A DNA stretch of 64,000 nucleotides from Macrostomum lignano. Lineage: Eukaryota. A model generated the notes under the pieces. That model saw nothing but the letters and a program-made list of their open reading frames with translations. It ran no database searches and was not told the DNA's origin. Shown here in pieces: positions 1 to 12,445 of the stretch (position 1 is its first letter; each line of letters starts with the position of its first letter). Where the stretch lies: positions 186,001 through 250,000 of the forward strand of contig NIVC01000677.1 of NCBI GenBank assembly GCA_002269645.1, read 5' to 3'. Made by a program: the position numbers and the translations under genes.

Positions 1-568
1 CCCCGTCCCGAACCCTAATCCCGACCCCGAACCCCGATAACCCCGAAGTAAGCAGTAGCATGATATAAAAAGTGGTATTGACGGCTACTTACGACTATTA
101 GCCTGTTCAGACTTTCAGTTCAACTTAAAATTAATGTGAAATTAATTTAAGGCAGGTTGCATTTCTTTTGTTTTCTTTTTCCAATAGTGAATCAAATAGT
201 GAACTCAAGGTTCGAAAACCACTATTTATTCAGTATATTATTCAATTCCATCGATTACGAATACGAAATACGAACTAACGAACTTACGAACTCAACGGTT
301 GTGTTCATTGTGCAACAATTTTGATGTGTTTGATGTGTGAAACATCATGTGCCTCTTTCTCTGCAGAGGTGGAAGCTATCTTATCAATCAATAATCAATC
401 TCTCTTTTTCTTAATCTCGTTTACTTAGTCTTTGGTGGCATTGCCATTGATGCACGTTGACGCTAGTAAACACTAAAATAATCTGAATTCTCATGTCATC
501 TAATCTAAATGATCAGACTACCAAGTGATAATAAAATATAGAACGCGAGTCACTTTGCAGTCTCTGGC

Positions 569-1531
569 TCAACGAATATGGCATACAGCTAATCGAATTT
601 GTCTCGCAAGAACATTAACTTGCTGAGCGATGAGCTGAAAAGGATGCAGCGTTCCTTGCGCTTTAGAAAACCGGCAGCACTGAAGGCGCACTCTGGTGGG
701 ACAGATGATGCTGGGGCAGTGAGGTGAAGCTGCCAGCTCTGGAAGATTAGCGGAGTTCTGCTTCCAGAATTCGCTGACTGCTACCTGAAAATTCTGCTGC
801 GCCAGACTCCTGTACAGAGAAAGCTGATCAGCTGCTCTGCGCCTCGCTTCCTTCTTCCTCGCGTCTCCTCTGGCGCCGGAGTTCGATGCACTCGCAGTCG
901 CATTGCACTCCTGAGTGGTAATTCCAGATAATCTGCAGAACTGCAAAAACTTGCATCCAGAGCTGTCTTCAGTACCCGAAATGACATTATCGTGCATCTC
1001 CTCGGTAGCGGCCATTGTATTTGCGCTGCTGGCATCAGCAGCGGCATCTTGCCCAGAAAGCTCCTGCTCAAGGCTCCAGATGACCTCACTCTTGAGATGG
1101 TTTTGGATGTCCACCATGTCACCCAGGTTTAGATGAGGCGATGCGACGATGGTATTGTCTAGAAAAGCAGCGGTCTTGTAGAACAAGATGTTGAAGTCTT
1201 TGCACTCAAACGTGTACTTGTTCAGCTGCTCCATAAGACGCCTCCGAATGGATCGATCGACGCCGTCAACATCAGCAGAAAGAAATTGCCGCAGACCATA
1301 GAGGACGACATTCTAATTCATAAGGATTTTTTCGTAGTTCTATGGGAATTCAGAAAATTTTCGAAACCCCGAAAACCCCGAAATCCCGGTCCAAAATCCC
1401 GTCCCGAACCCCGATCCCGAACATTTATCGGGAACCCCGAACCCCATCCCGAACATTCACCGGGACCCCGAACCCCGACCCCTAATCCCGACCCCGAACC
1501 CCGACCTAACCCCGAACCCCGAACACCCCTA
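569..1531 (-). mobile_element. Internally deleted hAT-family DNA transposon (C-terminal transposase remnant plus one terminus)
   Basis: ORF 569-1234 contains FWKQNSANLPELAA. A frameshift then gives LTAPASSVPPECAFSAAGFLKRKERC..LSKLMFLRDKFD*, a hAT C-terminal dimerisation motif. Read on the minus strand from 1531, the terminus is TAGGGGTGTTCGGGG (hAT-like TIR), followed by CCCCGA-type subterminal repeats (1365-1530). Similar repeats occur at 1-47; the other end is probably outside the window. Confidence 0.7.
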
Positions 1532-2040
1532 TTGTTGAAGCATCCACCCAGATAGCAAGCATCCACCCAGATAGCTTGCAAGTATCCACCCAGATGGCAA
1601 GCATCCTGCAGATAGCAAGCATCCCCCAGATATTGTAGAAGCATCCTGCAGATAGCAAGCATCCCCCAGATATTGTAGAAGCATCCTGCAGATAGCAAGC
1701 ATCCCCCAGATATTGTAGAAGCATCCTGCAGATAGCAAGCATCCCCCAGATATTGTAGAAGCATCCTGCAGATAGCAAGCATCCCCCAGATATTGTAGAA
1801 GCATCCTGCAGATAGCAAGCATCCCCCAGATATTGTAGAAGCATCCTGCAGATAGCAAGCATCCCCCAGATATTGTAGAAGCATCCTGCAGATAGCAAGC
1901 ATCCCCCAGATATTGTAGAAGCATCCTGCAGATAGCAAGCATCCCCCAGATATTGTAGAAGCATCCTGCAGATAGCAAGCACCCCCAGATATTGTAGAAG
2001 CATCCACCCAGATAGCAAGCATCCTGCAGATAGCAAGAAT
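1532..2040. repeat. 40-bp minisatellite (GCATCCTGCAGATAGCAAGCATCCCCCAGATATTGTAGAA), about 10 near-perfect copies plus degenerate edges
   Basis: Tandem unit read directly; it explains the repetitive ORFs 1318-2049, 1506-2186 and 1529-1978. Confidence 0.95.
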
Positions 2041-2054
2041 CCCATGCATGTAGC

Positions 2055-2965
2055 CAAGCTTATCAAGCGCAGTAATCCTTTGTAATTGCCAAGTGCAATA
2101 ACCCTTGATTTATCAAGTGCAGAAATCCTTGGTTTATCAAGTGCAATATTTCTTGGTTTATCAAGTGCAATATTCCTTATTATCAAAGTGCAATAATCCT
2201 TGGTTTATCAAGCGCAGTAATCCTTAGCTTATCAAGTGCAGTAATTCTTAGCTTATCAAGTGCACTAATCCTTAGTTTATCAAGCACAATAATATTTGGT
2301 TTATCAAGTGCAATATTCCTTGGTTTATCAAGTGCAATAATCCTTGGCTTATCAAGTGCAGTAATCCTTCGATTATCAAGTGCAGTAATCAGTGACTTAT
2401 CAAGTGCAGTAATCCTTGGCTTATCAAGTGCTATAAACCTTGGCTTATCAAGTGCAATATTCCTTGGTTTATCAAGTGCAATAATCCTTGGTTTATCAAG
2501 TGCAATATTCCTTGGTTTATCTAGTGCAATATTCCTTATAATCAAAGTGCAATAATCCGCAGTAATCCTTGGCTTATCAAGTGCAGTAATCGTTAGTTTA
2601 TCAAGTGCAATAATATTTGGTTATCAAGTGCAATAATACTTGGCTTATCAAGTGCAGTAATCCTTCGATTATCAAGTGCAGTAATCAGTGGCTTATCAAG
2701 TGCAGTAATCAGTGGCTTATCAAGTGCAGTAATCCTTGGCTTATCAAGTGCAGTAATCCTTGGTTTATCAAGTGCAGTAATCGTTAGTTTATCAAGTGCA
2801 ATAATATTTGGTTTATCAAGTGCAGTAATCCTTGGTTTATCAAGTGCAGTAATCGTTAGTTTATCAAGTGCAATAATATTTGGTTTATCAAGCGCAGTAA
2901 TCCTTAGTTTATCAAGTGCAATAATTTTTTGTTTATCAAGTGCAGTAATCCTTGGTTTATCTAGC
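2055..2965. repeat. 24-bp minisatellite (TTATCAAGTGCAGTAATCCTTGGY), about 37 variant copies
   Basis: Tandem unit read directly; the minus strand translates as (ITALDKPR)n. Confidence 0.95.
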
Positions 2966-3049
2966 ATCATAATCCAGGTCTTTTTAATTAGTCTTTTAAT
3001 AAAAGCTTTCAATAATAAATTTATGCTACTTTTATTTTTTATTACACTT

Positions 3050-3110
3050 CTAAGATTCGAACCCAGGTTGCTGCATTAGCAATCCAGTGTGTTTACATCT
3101 AGGCTAGCTC
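3050..3110 (-). mobile_element. tRNA-derived SINE head fragment
   Basis: Minus strand TAGCCTAGATGTAAA...GGGTTCGAATCT gives A-box- and B-box-like motifs, without an intact cloverleaf. Confidence 0.45.
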
Positions 3111-5019
3111 TCATTGAAATTATAAATGAATTTGTAGCACTTATAATTTAACACTCACACCAAGTCAATTGAGTAAGTCACACGAAGCAGTTATATGACA
3201 TAATCAATTTATTAGGCAAGTCAGTACCAGTCTCTATTAAAGTTAGCAATATGGTTACGCAATATAAATCAAGAATTGTGCTATGCTTTCACACTGCGTT
3301 TTCAATACTGTGACGCAATTCAAATCGGTGTCAAAATTCAGCCAGTACACAGACTGAATAAATAAAAAGCCTGATGTGATGCAATCTACTCGTATTTCAG
3401 AATCAGAATTCAACCAGTCAGTTTTTTCTCTAGCATCCTTACAATGCATTTCAAGTCGAAAGAGCTGCTTGACCTTTGCAAAAAAGCATGTTTTTCGAAT
3501 ATTTAATCCCTTTAGCATTGACCAATTTCTTAGCCACGATGCATGTACCGTCACGGGAAAATTTCTGATCAAACAGTGCAAGTTCGAAGAAAATCGGTTG
3601 AGCCGTTTTTGCTAAAATCGATCGCATACCTAGATAGAAAGCTTAGTCTCAATGTCCAACTGCTGGTCATATGCGGAGGGTGTTCCAAGTGGGGTCTGGC
3701 TTTTGCACTTTCGAGCGTGCGCGGGTGTTGGCGGATGTTGCGTTGTGCCCTTTCTATTGTTGTGCAAAGCCGGATCGCAACCCTAGTTTTCCAGCGGACG
3801 AGCAATGTGATGGCGTCAGTTAACTGGCCGGACTGACTTCGGACTCGGAGCGTGGGATCGCGTCAAAGAGGCTTGGTCAGCCCGTCCCTATGGCACAAAT
3901 CGAACCCAGCCAGTCCCACAAATAAGTAAGAAACGCGACTCACTCTCGACTTCAACACAACAGCGGCAACGGCGGTGGCAGGGGCGGATTCTCTCAAATT
4001 CTGGCAGTGCAACTTCTAAGCAGAGATTGATGTTTAGTTCAGTTGTTGCGGTGGTAGTTGCTGAGCCTAGCTCATGCAAACATATATATATATTTGCGCT
4101 AGCTGGTTAAGCCTCGGGGTTGGGCCCAGCTAGCCAAAACTACAAAAACCGCAACTTACAGACCCGACGGGGTAGTGATTAGCGAAAACTAGCATCTAAT
4201 TACTTGGCTGGGCAGCCAGCCAATCGCCAGAAAGGGGGGTGGGGCGGCGCGCGTAAACAACTGACGGGGGAAAAAGTGCAGTGACGGGTGCACTGACTGC
4301 AAGCCCGACATGGCTAAGCAGTGCAGATGCACCCCGACACAACACTATCCTCTTGTGTGCAAGCGACCGTCCCTCTCCGCCTGCTGAGGGTTTTTAATGC
4401 CGCCTTGGTTTGAGTGTTGGCTCTGTGTTCCCGATCTCGCTAGCTGTGAAGTTATGAGCCGAGTACGCAAACGAGACGAGTATTTGCAAATTGGAAGTAG
4501 AAAAACACACGCGAACTCTTTATTAAATTGAATTCACTCAGTCAGCATAAATTACAAGAGTGAGATTAGGGGTGGGTGCCGCACTGGCCAACAGAGAGAA
4601 ATTGAGTTAGGTAACTCCAGCCCCCGACGCTGGGGTGGCAAGGGTGCACTAGAACTAAAACTCAAACAACAAATAATAGTAATCTGAGTGAACTATTAAG
4701 TGGCCAATGCCATACGCATAACTAAGCTATCTGACACTAGCTATTTATTAATTTTAATAGCTGCTTCCCTCGTGTTCCTCACCATTCGGGTTCTCACGTC
4801 ATGTTCCTCCTCAGGAGGAAATTTTCTGACTTTTCTGCCCCCCCCCCTTGGCATTCACACTTGGAATGCACAGAGAAAACTTTGCTTAATGTTAAAAATT
4901 TTCTTGTTTGAACCTAATTTATGAAAAAAAATTATAATCCATCGCCCTGAATATGACTAATCTAGGTCGAAACGCATAGGAAATAAAAATAAATGTTGAT
5001 AACACCAGTCATTTTTCTA

Positions 5020-6450
5020 TTGCTTTTAACGGTAGGGCGCAAAAAAGCCCGTGGCGCTGATTCTGGCCGGTGACACCCCGGAGGAGCGCAGGAATGAATT
5101 GCGCGACTTCTTCGCCGGCATCGTGAACGCGCCTGCGTCGCCGCTGCCCACCAGCTTTTCGCTCCCACTGGACACACTGCTCCTAGCTGAGGAGGACTTC
5201 TGCACAAACCCAGTCACCAAGGAGGACGTTGTGCTGTTCGCTCGGAAATCACCAGGCGGCAAGGCGCTCGGCTCCGCTGTGTGGCCTTCCAGGTCGCAAG
5301 CGTCATGAACCGCGTGCTCGCCGGCGCCCCTGCATCCACCGAGTGGACTGTCGCGCACATCGTGCTGATCCCGAAGAAGGCAGGGACAACGCGGAAAGAA
5401 GACCACCGCGGGATCTCGCTGATGTCCTGCACCGCGAAGCTCTTCAACCGGCTGCTGCTTGATCGTCTGCAGTCTGTGCTGGACCCGTACCTGCGGGGGT
5501 ACGAGCAGAACGGACTCCGGTCGCAACGCGGTACAGTGACACAGATCCTCGCACTCCGCAGTGTCATCGAGGAGGCGCGCATCCGCCAGTCTACGCTGAT
5601 CATTGTCTTCGTTGACTTTCGAAAGGCGTTTGACTCGGTGTTGAGAGACGCGCTTACCTTCGTCCTTCGAGCATAACGAGTCCCGCAGCAGCTAATCGAC
5701 GCTGTCGATACTGCGATACTCGAGCTGCTGTGGTGACGGCGGACGGCCTGTCTGACCTGTTCGACACCTCATCAGGAGTTCTGCAGGGCGACGCGCTAGC
5801 GCCGTTCCTCTTCGTGCTGCTGCTGGACTGGGTTCACCTACCTCGGCGGTCTGGTACTCCACGTGGTGAAAGTCCTCCGGCGGCGCAGAGGACTTGCCTG
5901 GACGACCTTCCGTTCGATCCGAGCCGTCCCTCAGTCCGAAGCGCTGCCCGACCGCCAGACAGCTCGGCTGTGGTAGGTGATGGTCGAAACCATCCTGCTA
6001 TACAACGCCGAGACGTGGACGCTGACGGCTACGCTAGAGCGGCAGCTGGACTCGGCACACCCAGGGCTGCTCCGTGCGGCCTTTCGAGCTGACGAGAGCG
6101 TCGAGACCGAGGCCCTGTACGATCGGGCCAAGCTGCGGCGCCCGTCCATCATCCTGCGCCGGCGGCGACTTCAACTGGCGGACCACGTGATCCGGGCCGA
6201 GGGCTACTGCCCCCAACCTGTTCAGGACGTCCTGCTGCTCACCTTGCAGGGTCCGTTCAGGCGGGGTCAGGCCCGAACCCGTCGATATGTGGACTGCCTG
6301 CTGTGCGAAGCAGGGGCGCCCGACACTGCCAATGGGGCGAACTTTGTCCGCTCTCAGGCTCTGCGGCGCTCCATCTGACACGCCCTGCTCTCACTGGGAC
6401 GCTGCATGCGAGCTGCGTATTTTGTTGGTGCTGTTGTTTGTTTTACAGTT
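5020..6450 (+). mobile_element. Degenerate 5'-truncated RTE-like non-LTR retrotransposon (reverse transcriptase pseudogene)
   Basis: RT motifs across broken frames: IVLIPKK, RGISLMSCTAKLFNRLLLDR, FVDFRKAFDSV, GVLQGDALAPFLF, RRRRLQLADH. It ends in a TTG-rich tail and is homologous to the copy at 50200-57040. Confidence 0.9.
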
Positions 6451-6565
6451 CCAATTCAGAAAAGGCCTTAATAACGAGTGCGTCCTTCGCGAGCAAGATA
6501 GAAATTCTTCGCGGCATCCCTTGAGGAAGACTTTTGGCGCAGGCTTGGCGCAGTTTCATGACAAT

Positions 6566-6759
6566 GGGCCGTATGCAGAAAGCTTGGTCCAGACTAGCTA
6601 GTCCGGACTTGGGTAGTTCAGTCTATTGTCTATGGTCTAGCTACCCTAGTTCTGTCTATAGTAGACCAGTCTAACTTTGTGTTTCTGCATACCAAATCCA
6701 AGTCCAGACTAGCTTTTCAAGACCGGAATACCCTAGACAGAGCTTTCTGCATACGGCCC
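6566..6759. mobile_element. MITE with GGGCCGTATGCAGAAAGCT terminal inverted repeats (PIF/Harbinger-like)
   Basis: 19-bp perfect TIRs at 6566 and 6759, flanked by CAAT / ATTG. TSD type unclear. Confidence 0.7.
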
Positions 6760-8267
6760 ATTGTGTGGCTCTTTACACTCTCAAAGGAAGGTCCAAGAGA
6801 AGCTACTTACTGGCGCAAAGGGCGGCGACTTCAATGTAATTGAGTATAGCTACAGATTATACCGGAAAAAATCATTAAAGATTTTAAGACGAGTATAAAC
6901 TCCTCTGATTGATTTTAACAAAAAACGTCACACTCGGCAATATGTTAAAGTGTCCACCCCAAGTTAAATTGGTCAACAAATGTGAGCTTTAATCCAACTC
7001 TAGCTATAACTCACCAGCCTAAGCCAGGGCCTTGTGACGCAAATCACCCTCATGGTTGACAAGAGAACCGCAGGCGTGGCGTGAATTGCGGCACTTGTGG
7101 CTGACGCCTGAGAAAAGTTGACCAGTGGTTCAGGGTGGAGACTTGGTGGGTGCAAACTGAATAAAGAGCGTACATACCTAACGGTGGAAAAGTTTCTGTA
7201 CCAGAAATTGATAATTCGTCTGAATGTTTTCCTTTGCTTCAGTTTCTCGCTTAGATGCCATTTGGATATCGAAAACTGATCGGCTCCTGAGTCCGCGATG
7301 TTGAGCTTTTTAATCGCTTTTACGAGCGTAATAACCGAGTGCTCACTGCTTCAGATGAGTTCCATGCAAGGATTTTAGAGTGATGAGCTGTTCATCATCG
7401 GGCTCGTGTGAATTCGAGATGCATCAAAGGCATCAACAGAATGAAGATCTGTCTGTCATCCGTGTGATTCCTTCGATTTTCTCTGAATGATCAGCAGGTA
7501 TCCGGTCCGGTTTGAATGATAAGCTTGTCTTAAATTTAATCGCTCAAAATCCATTCACTGAGCCTACCTCATTTGGATTCCAAGTTGCGCAAAAAATCAA
7601 GCCAAATGAACAAAAATATGGATAAGAAACTGACAGATGGCGATCCCACCATGCAGTTATACGAAGAGCGTAATATAAGAAGCCGAGAGAGTAGCAATTT
7701 ATTCAATAAAAATTTCAATTTACTGATTGGCAACTGTCAGAGAAGCATGCAGAATGGGTATTGAGCTACTTGAGTAAACTAAATTAGTGGCCATATATTT
7801 GTCTAAATAAACCCTTGGCCCACAACTCATTGAACACCGCAAACTAAGCAGTAGATAGATTTCAATCAAGGCAGATTGATTAAACGGTAGAAAAATCACC
7901 CAGCACGATAAAAGGAAAGCTAGAAAAACATCTTGAATATGCATCATTGTGTAGTACTTACTCTTCTAATATCTGTGAAAAACCATTATGGTGGCACAAT
8001 TGAAACAGCTTTCAAACCATTCCACCAAAACTGAGTTATAGAATTCCAGTTTGTACTGCGTTTGTACTACTTGTCATTTACATGTACGCGAAGTGGGTCT
8101 AAACGGCAGAAAGCAACCATTTTCCTTGTAAATTAAAATTGAGCTAATTTTTTTATAATTTAACCAAACTTGGCCACTGGATCAGCTAGTAGTATAGTTA
8201 GTATAGTGAGCAATATTGAGTAAGCAATGCATGGTTAGCATTATTGAAATCATCCTAGTAAGAGCGT

Positions 8268-11200
8268 CTAAGACTCCAGCGAGTCCACAATTTTCTGCAG
8301 GGATTCTACAGCTGCCTTCGCTGTCGGCCTGGAGTCTGGAGTGCCGCTCCAGCAGCTCTCCATCAGGTCCCACAGCTGGTCGGACATGTTGGGCAGCCGC
8401 GTCGGCCTGCAGTCCAGGGCGCCGGCGAGCAGGATGGCTCCGACACTGGGCATGATCTCGACGTACTCCGGGTGGCGCTTTCCCGTGCCTTCGCTGTGGA
8501 TTTAAATCAATGGCATCTCGCATCAATGGCTCGAGAATCTCTGCTTGCTCGTCCGCTACCTCAGGGCTACCGGAAGAGTGATCACCCACCTCTTGGACTC
8601 TCCAGGGCGACTGCGCTGCAAGATATCTGGCATTCCAACTGTCTGCAGCGGCCCCTCAGGCAGTGTAGAATTCCTCACGAGCTATTACCCCCTAATAATA
8701 ATTTACCCCATTACCTAATAACATCGCGCAATCTTTTTTGAACTTACAAAAGATACCAAAGAGCGATTCCAAGACTGAAGACGTCCGCGCTCGTGTGGTA
8801 GCTCTCGCCTCGGACCAGCTCAGGCGCAAGGTAGATTGGCGTTCCAACTAAGGTTCGGTTTACAAAGCCTGTACTCTTCACGAGTCCGAAGTCCGACAGC
8901 TTCACTTGTCTTAAATCTTCACTCACCTTAGGGTTTGTAAGGGTTTGTGGGCTGTTAAAATCATAAAAAACAGTCGGTCCACTCTCAAAAAAATGCTTAC
9001 GAGGACGTTGGCGAGTTTCACGTCTCTGTGAATCAGCTCGCTCGAGTGAAGGAACTGAAGGGCCTTCGCCAGCTCCAAGCCGATCTTCAGGCGCTGTCGA
9101 ACAGGCAGCCTGTGGCGCTGCATCAGATTCCAGGCGTCGCAGCACATCAGCTCCATGTAGATCTCTACTGTCCATCGCTTCTCATCAGGTTTGCTTTTGT
9201 GGAGCCTCACGCCGACTACGTGCACGAGATTATCATGCTCGAGAACGCTGGAATGTAACAACTTCTCATGCTATTATGAGAACTAGAAGTTATGCGATCG
9301 AAATATGTGCACTATATCTACTCAAGTATAGTAACTTACCTGCTGTGGTACACTTCCGTTGCGATATCGTCAAGACTAGGCTCGTCGGATACGATTCTCT
9401 TGGCCGCTAGCGCTGGCTCTCCGCTCTCGTTCAAAACTCGGAACACCTCACCTTGAGCTCCGGATCCGAGATTTCCTTCCGTGTCGATTCGGAACCCGCG
9501 GTACTTGTACTTGGAGATAACATCCATCGTAAGCATATGCAGTCGAGCAACTCGCGGGTATAGAGTCTTGATCTCGGATCGCTCCTTCTCGGTCAGCTTC
9601 ATACAGCTTTCGACTAGTTGCTCCGATGAAGCAATGTTGTCAAGAAACTCTCTGTGCTGCTTTTCGAACCATTCTTTCAGCGAGGTGATGAGGCACTCGA
9701 CAAGATTTTCTTTGCTGATTGTACCTGAAACAAATGAAGACAAACAGCTGATTGTGCAATGGTAGCCTAGATAATTTAATTGAAAAGCGAGTAGTTCGAC
9801 CGTTTATACCATAGAAAATGACAATGTCTGACATACAAAATATATTACTAACCTAGATACTTTTCTGCCTGATATTCCTTCCACTTTTGATCCTGGATCG
9901 GTGTGGAGATTGACAGAACGAGACCTGGATTTCTTACCATCTGTCTCACGAAATGCTTTATCCTGAATATTATAACATTCAAAGGACCCAATAAGAAGTC
10001 CTTTGACGACAACGAGTAGCCTTCGAGAAGCGTCTTCTTTAACACCTGGTACGCGGGCGTCTGTTCCACATCCTTTTCGTACTCTGCACTTTCTGCTTTA
10101 AGTCGTCGAATTCCTGTAGGCACAATCTCAGAGCTTTAAGTCGTCGAATTCCTGTAGGCACAATCTCAGATTTGAGGAAGTCGCAGAATGACGCAATATT
10201 CTGTCGTTGATGAGAGCATGAATCTCATCGACGCACTTCTTCTCAATGTCTTTCTGAGACATATCGGCTGAAATCACCGATTCCGAGTACTTCAGCGCTC
10301 TGACTTCGTCGAGAATGAGCGGCTTTCTTTCGGCGAAGAATAGACCTGCTTGTCTCAACAGCTCGTCTCGATTTTTCTCCACGATGCTCTTAGACTGCTG
10401 GTGGATCTCCTGCTCCAGGCTCTTGATTTGGTAGAGCGCCTTCTTCTTGCGCAAGTTCGACTCTTTGATGTTGGTGGCCTTGTCCATGAACAGTGTGAGA
10501 ATCTCGCTTTGAATGCGCCTCAGGCCACCACCAGAACTCACGATGAGGTTTCGAAATTGATCCTGAGCGAACTTGAGAATTCTCGTCTTGACCTCCTCGA
10601 ATCGTCTGACCCACTTTGAGTTCTCCATCTCCTTGAGAGCCTCAGGGTCGAGCTTGTTCTTCTTGATCATGAGTTCCTTTTTGCGACGGAATCGCCTCAC
10701 TTCCCAACACGAGACGCAAAGGAACTTGTTGCATGTGTCTCTGGTTTCGTTCGGGCTGATGTAGCCGAGACGCTGCAGCTTGGAGAAGACGCGCTCAGCC
10801 TTCTCTTCTTCAATCTCCTGCGCTGGTCGATTGGCTTCCTGCTCTGTGTCTTTCGAGACATCCATCTTAGTGACAAGATAGAACACCTCAGCGCCAAGCA
10901 CCGTTTTCTTAATCGTGGTTAAGTCCTTTTGGACCTGCAGTTTTAATATTCAATGCAAGAATATTGTCAAAGTTTATATTTACAGTTTTATCGTACTCAT
11001 ATATACACAGAATTCTTCTTAGGTGTTAGCTACTAGAAGCGAAAAAAGTAATAACTTCTACTTTGAATATACCAGCTCAGACAACAGCTAACTTTTTACT
11101 TTTTGGATACATATGCTCTCTCTGTTGACTATACTATGCAGTAGAAAACAGTAAAGAATGGGAAGTAGAAAAACACGTCGGGTTTTCCCTGAATGCTTCC

Positions 11201-12445
11201 ATTTCAATAACCAGCATCGATTGTCCTACGGTAGTACCGCACTGCAAGTGTCAGTTCATTGATAGAATTATGCCAGTTTGTAATGGAACTCACGGCAACG
11301 GTGATGCCCGAGTTCGAGTCGATGACGTAGATGATGATCGGTAGAAACGAGTCGATCGCCCCCAGCGTCAGCGAGTCCAGAGACGAGTTCTCGTTCAGTC
11401 CTGGCGAGTCGATGATGTCGATGCCGTGTCGCAGGAACTCGCACTTGATGCCGGCCTCGACAGTCGAGCTGATGAGCTCATCATTCTCGCGGTCCTCGTC
11501 CTTCAGCTTGACGAGGTCCTCCTCGATTGTCGGCTTCTCGAGGTACTGGACGTCTCCGATCTGCTCGCCGGTCTTGGATCGCACGAGCACGTAGATTCGG
11601 TCGGAGTAGGTGAGCCGGGTGACTCGGGCGGTGCACGGGGACTGCGACTGGGCCACGAAGGTGCCGCCTGCGAATATCGAGCGCATTTTTTGTTATGAAA
11701 TTATACATTGTCCTGGTTTTACTGGCTCAAAGATACTCATCAGCTACCGGATTTTCTTTCAAGTGAAATCTAAGAATCAAATCTAAAGTGTGGACAGGGA
11801 TTTCTAGAAGTTTGTCTTCAATTTGAGGAGAATATTATTCTCCAAATAAAATAGTATTTTTTTTAATGAAGATTTGGGCATTAATGCTTGTCAACGCATT
11901 GGGAAAAATTTTGCTAGTTTAGCTCAGATAATCTGTGTTCTTATTGGGTGAATATCCTTTGAGAGGAAAATTAACATTCATCTATATCTTGTATACTACT
12001 GGAAGTAGACAACAATTTGCTGTTCCTTCTTAGCAAATCTAAATGGATTTTATCTAAAAAACATTGAAGTGATGATAAAAGATATTGACAGCACTTGAAT
12101 TTTTTAGCAGAAGTTAAACAGCTGCTCACCAAGCAGTTCATTGATGAAGGAGCTCTTGCCCGACTTGGTCTGGCCAACAATGATGATGCACGGCTTGCTG
12201 CTGTCACTGGAACCCGTCTGGTTGCCCCTGTACAGCTGGTTGACCTTTTGCCTCACGGGTTCAAACTTTAGCGACTCTTGCAACTTTGCTGAGAATTCCG
12301 GAGACAAAGCCTTGGAAAAGCTCTCCGTTAACAGTCTCTGTGTAGTGTCCAGGTGCTCTTTGATCAGGTCCCGGTTGCTTCGGAATTCGGCAATCTCCTC
12401 GTCCAGAAAGCCGCTCGGCTGCGCCTCCGCTTGCGAGATGGCCAT
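8268..12445 (-). CDS. DSTYK-like dynamin-family GTPase-protein kinase, paralog A (exon 3 frameshifted: pseudogene, truncated allele or assembly error)
   Basis: Exons 12445-12130, 11667-11294, 10934-9853, 9724-9340, 9247-9001, 8926-8748, 8493-8268, all GT-AG with the same intron phases as B and C. GTPase motifs GQTKSGKS, DSPG, TKMD. Kinase motifs GSGAQG, AAK, HRDVKLAN, DFG, GTPIYLAPE. The frame is broken at 10089-10197. Confidence 0.85.

Noticed and set aside
1318-3012. Long repetitive ORFs ((GCFYNIWGMLAICR)n, (ITALDKPR)n)
   Set aside because: They are translations of 40-bp and 24-bp minisatellites, with no splice context or unique flanking coding sequence.
10095-10170. The 38-bp duplication in paralog A as a mini-intron that restores the frame
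   Set aside because: The available GT..AG pair (48 nt) does not restore the downstream frame given the neighbouring 1-nt losses.
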